Positions 61,669 to 64,000 of a stretch of 64,000 nucleotides of DNA are shown one piece after another. The notes under the pieces are model-generated. The model made no database searches and had not been told where the DNA came from. It saw nothing but the letters and a program-made list of their open reading frames with translations. The stretch is taken from IMG/VR virus record IMGVR_UViG_3300045988_131485. The stretch is one strand, 5' to 3'. The first letter of the stretch is position 1; each line of letters begins with the position of its first letter. The DNA is from a virus. The translations under genes were made by a program, and so were the position numbers.

Positions 61669-62121
61669 ATGAAAGTAGCTATGGTAAAGCATAAGCCCTA
61701 TGGCAAGGTGTTCTGGTTCGAGATCCCTGAGCACCTTGTAGGCAAACTTCAGCCCGGATTTCGTGTGGCCTGTAATACAGCGCGTGGTCGGCGGTATGGC
61801 ACCGTAGTGGCTGCGGATCTTGACGAGCAGGATGTGAAAGAGGTTATGTTGGCCTCCGGCGCTACCTTCCCGCTCTCCACAATCGAAGCCACCACCCAGG
61901 AGGTACTGATAAGCGCCATCAAGATTCCGGGATATATGGCCCGCACAAAGCCCAGCGATGAGAAGATCGCAAAGCGTTTTCTGGAGTTCTATCATACCGG
62001 CCAGTTCAATACCAATGTTGCCCTGGACGATAACGCCGTCTTGATTGACGGCTATTCCGCCTATCTGGTAGCGCAAAAAGTTGGCCTCGCGCTCCTCCCT
62101 GCAATCTACAAGGAGGTCTGA
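61669..62121 (+). CDS. hypothetical protein with a ParB-N-like C-terminal segment
   Basis: AGGAGG SD; ...NAVLIDGYSAYLVAQKVGL resembles the ParB/Srx DGhhR motif region (weak). Confidence 0.6.
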   Translation: MKVAMVKHKPYGKVFWFEIPEHLVGKLQPGFRVACNTARGRRYGTVVAADLDEQDVKEVMLASGATFPLSTIEATTQEVLISAIKIPGYMARTKPSDEKIAKRFLEFYHTGQFNTNVALDDNAVLIDGYSAYLVAQKVGLALLPAIYKEV

Positions 62122-62124
62122 GAT

Positions 62125-62865
62125 ATGCCCGGATTTGTAAAACCTACAAGAAAGGTTGTCAACATTGAAGATGCCTTTGGAGAGCTGATTGGGAAGAAAC
62201 TCATAAAGGATCTCCATGACAATGAGGAGATTTGCCCTGTTTGTCATGGTATCGGCCTCCGTATTGAAGATAATCCTTATGGGTTGTCTGACGACCCCGA
62301 TAAGAAAGCCGGCCAATTCCCCTACAAGCACCAGTCTATCCGGTTCTGCCCGAACTGTTATAACGGTGTTGTACGTTTTTGCCCCGACTGTGGAAAGCAG
62401 ATTCCGAGATGCCGAACACTTTGCGACTGCGATGCCGTTGTGCAGCGCCGCCAGCAGGAAGAAAACCGCAAAGAAAAAGAACGGCTCGAAAAAGCAGAAA
62501 AGCACGAGCCGAATGCGCTCGGATCGTTATTTACAATGGCACAAAGCGACTTTTACTCTCACAACGAAGGATATTTCAGCTGTTGGGAGGATTTCTTTGA
62601 TAGCTGGAATGAAGATCGTGAAGAGTTCACGGGAAAGCCACTGTACGTATGGGGAACCGAAGAGGTAGAGATGAGTTTCGATGCTTCAAGCATCGTATCC
62701 AATGCCTGTGAGGATATGTATGAAGATGCTTATGATGACATTGGAGCAGACGCTGTTGCTGAGATGCAGCGCTACCTCAACGAATGGAAAGAGAAATATG
62801 GGCGTACGTCCTATTTGCTGACTACCAAGCACGCTATCCGTATTCCTTGGGAGGAGATGAAATAA
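62125..62865 (+). CDS. zinc-finger protein, function unknown
   Basis: AGGAGG SD; CPVCHG...CPNC...CPDCG. Confidence 0.65.
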   Translation: MPGFVKPTRKVVNIEDAFGELIGKKLIKDLHDNEEICPVCHGIGLRIEDNPYGLSDDPDKKAGQFPYKHQSIRFCPNCYNGVVRFCPDCGKQIPRCRTLCDCDAVVQRRQQEENRKEKERLEKAEKHEPNALGSLFTMAQSDFYSHNEGYFSCWEDFFDSWNEDREEFTGKPLYVWGTEEVEMSFDASSIVSNACEDMYEDAYDDIGADAVAEMQRYLNEWKEKYGRTSYLLTTKHAIRIPWEEMK

Positions 62866-62867
62866 CA

Positions 62868-63722
62868 ATGGCAAAGAAAAACGACAATCTGGGCGACCGC
62901 ATGAAAGGCTATGAGGGTGTTTCTCGCAACTTCTTAACCCGCCGTGTGCCCGCAATCATCCGACTTGACGGCAAGGCGTTCCACACCTTCACGAAGGGCA
63001 TGGAAAAGCCTTTCGATCTCGTACTGACTCAGGCTATGCAGGAGACGATGAAGCATCTCTGTGAGAACATCCAGGGCTGTGTGCTTGGTTACACTCAGTC
63101 CGATGAGATCACTCTGGTGCTGACAGACTATGCTACTATCCAGACCGACGCCTGGTTTGGATATAACATTCAGAAAATGTGCAGCGTTTCGGCGTCGATG
63201 GCAACTATGGCATTTAACAGGGAGTTTGAACGTATCGCTGAGGATTGGTTTCACGACAATGGCCCGTATTGGAAATCTATCGGTGTCGATGTTGACGTCG
63301 ATCTTACCATATATAAACGGTACAATGCCTACCAGAAAAAGATGTTCACTGCCATGTTCGACTCCCGCGTTTTCTCTGTCCCAAAAGAAGAGGTCTGTAA
63401 CTGTCTGATCTGGCGGCAGCAGGACGCAACCCGAAACAGCATTGAGGCCGTAGGTCAGGCCAATTTTAGCCATCACGAGCTGCACAAAAAGACCTGCAAC
63501 ATGATTCAGGAAATGCTTTGGTCTCAGCGAGGCATTAACTGGAACGATTTCCTCACAGAGCTGAAGCGCGGTTCCTGTTGTATTAAACGGCAGTTTGAAG
63601 AAACCATCGACGATCCTCGCAACCCCGACCAGAAAATTACTGTGCGCCGTAACAGATGGATTATCGACCACGAAATTCCCATCTTCACTCAGGATCGGGA
63701 ATATATCGAAAGGTTGATTTAA
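62868..63722 (+). CDS. Thg1-like protein (tRNA-His guanylyltransferase family, 3-prime-to-5-prime polymerase)
   Basis: LGDRMKGYE...PAIIRLDGKAFHTFTKG...PFD...GYTQSDEITLVL; ATG 62868 after GGGAGGAG. Confidence 0.75.
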   Translation: MAKKNDNLGDRMKGYEGVSRNFLTRRVPAIIRLDGKAFHTFTKGMEKPFDLVLTQAMQETMKHLCENIQGCVLGYTQSDEITLVLTDYATIQTDAWFGYNIQKMCSVSASMATMAFNREFERIAEDWFHDNGPYWKSIGVDVDVDLTIYKRYNAYQKKMFTAMFDSRVFSVPKEEVCNCLIWRQQDATRNSIEAVGQANFSHHELHKKTCNMIQEMLWSQRGINWNDFLTELKRGSCCIKRQFEETIDDPRNPDQKITVRRNRWIIDHEIPIFTQDREYIERLI

Positions 63723-63735
63723 GGAGGCCATAAAA

Positions 63736-64000
63736 ATGTCCCATATTTATGAGAATGATACGAAGCCCATTCTGAGCGACCCTCCGTATCTGTTGCAATT
63801 CATTTTGTCCGTGGTGCTGTCTGTGCTCTGTGGAGCGACCATCATGTTCATGTGGAACTGGTTCGTTGTCCCGCTCGGGCTTCCCATGATTGGCCTGGTA
63901 CAAGCGCTGGGGCTTGATACGCTCATCACATTCATTGTGACCACCAGAGTCAATACCCCCCCCGATCCATTCTGGGATCGTTGGATCACTGCTATCACCT
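63736..64000 (+). CDS. membrane protein, 3-prime end beyond the window
   Basis: ATG 63736 after AAGGAGG; hydrophobic (LLQFILSVVLSVLCGATIMFMWNWFVVPLGLPMIGL); in-frame C8 at 63956-63963. Confidence 0.55.
   Translation, partial: MSHIYENDTKPILSDPPYLLQFILSVVLSVLCGATIMFMWNWFVVPLGLPMIGLVQALGLDTLITFIVTTRVNTPPDPFWDRWITAIT

Overview
Plus-strand-dominated 64-kb stretch of a large phage-like element (temperate phage or phage-plasmid type). Expression signals are Firmicutes-style: GGAGG Shine-Dalgarno sites, TTGACA/TATAAT promoters, GC-hairpin plus T-run terminators. No virion genes lie in the window. Layout: (1) 1-15 kb holds about 35 short ORFs of unknown function arranged as single-gene cassettes. Each sits behind a copy of a rigid 36-nt promoter-like repeat (GGTTAGCAAA-N13-CTGTAATTATAGT, about 16 good copies), and many have their own terminator. 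Recognisable members are a J-domain protein, a DUF932 protein and a SLOG/DUF2493 protein. The block ends with a 1016-aa N6-adenine methyltransferase-SNF2 helicase fusion. (2) 18.1-19.3 kb holds the only clear long minus-strand genes, an ImmA-type metallopeptidase and an XRE repressor. They face a TTGACA-17-TATAGT promoter bracketed by two TCACGAA-N4-TTCGTGA operators. (3) 21.2-29 kb is an RNA-centred module: tRNA-Ser(GCU), several tRNA-shaped genes interrupted by a conserved sequence module, a DUF2828/TROVE-vWA gene split by a 1.15-kb inversion, a cysteine desulfurase, an Rnl-type RNA ligase (frame-broken at a G7 run), an RlaP-type nucleotidyltransferase and a P-loop kinase-HD protein. (4) 29.4-35.8 kb holds two PP-loop ATPases, a FolD-like protein and an NAD cluster (isochorismatase/nicotinamidase-like, PRPP-synthetase-like, NAMPT-like, NadE) resembling the NARP1 NAD-reconstitution pair plus extras. 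(5) 35.8-39.1 kb holds two small N6-adenine methyltransferases and a fragmented, apparently permuted C5-cytosine methyltransferase locus full of G8/C8 runs. (6) 39.6-44 kb holds an ABC importer (permease, ATPase, NMT1-type binding protein fused to an OmpA-like domain) with a PspA/IM30-like protein. (7) 44-59.7 kb covers replication, recombination and nucleotide metabolism (HD hydrolase, Sak-type annealase, SSB, Cas4-like nuclease, primase-helicase, Pol III alpha, ThyX-like, dNMP kinase, nucleotidase, NrdDG, kinase-dUTPase). (8) 60-64 kb holds another DNA methyltransferase, a ParB-like protein and a Thg1-like tRNA repair enzyme. All functional calls come from motif recognition by eye, not database searches. 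Start codons were chosen by SD spacing and are less certain than stop positions.
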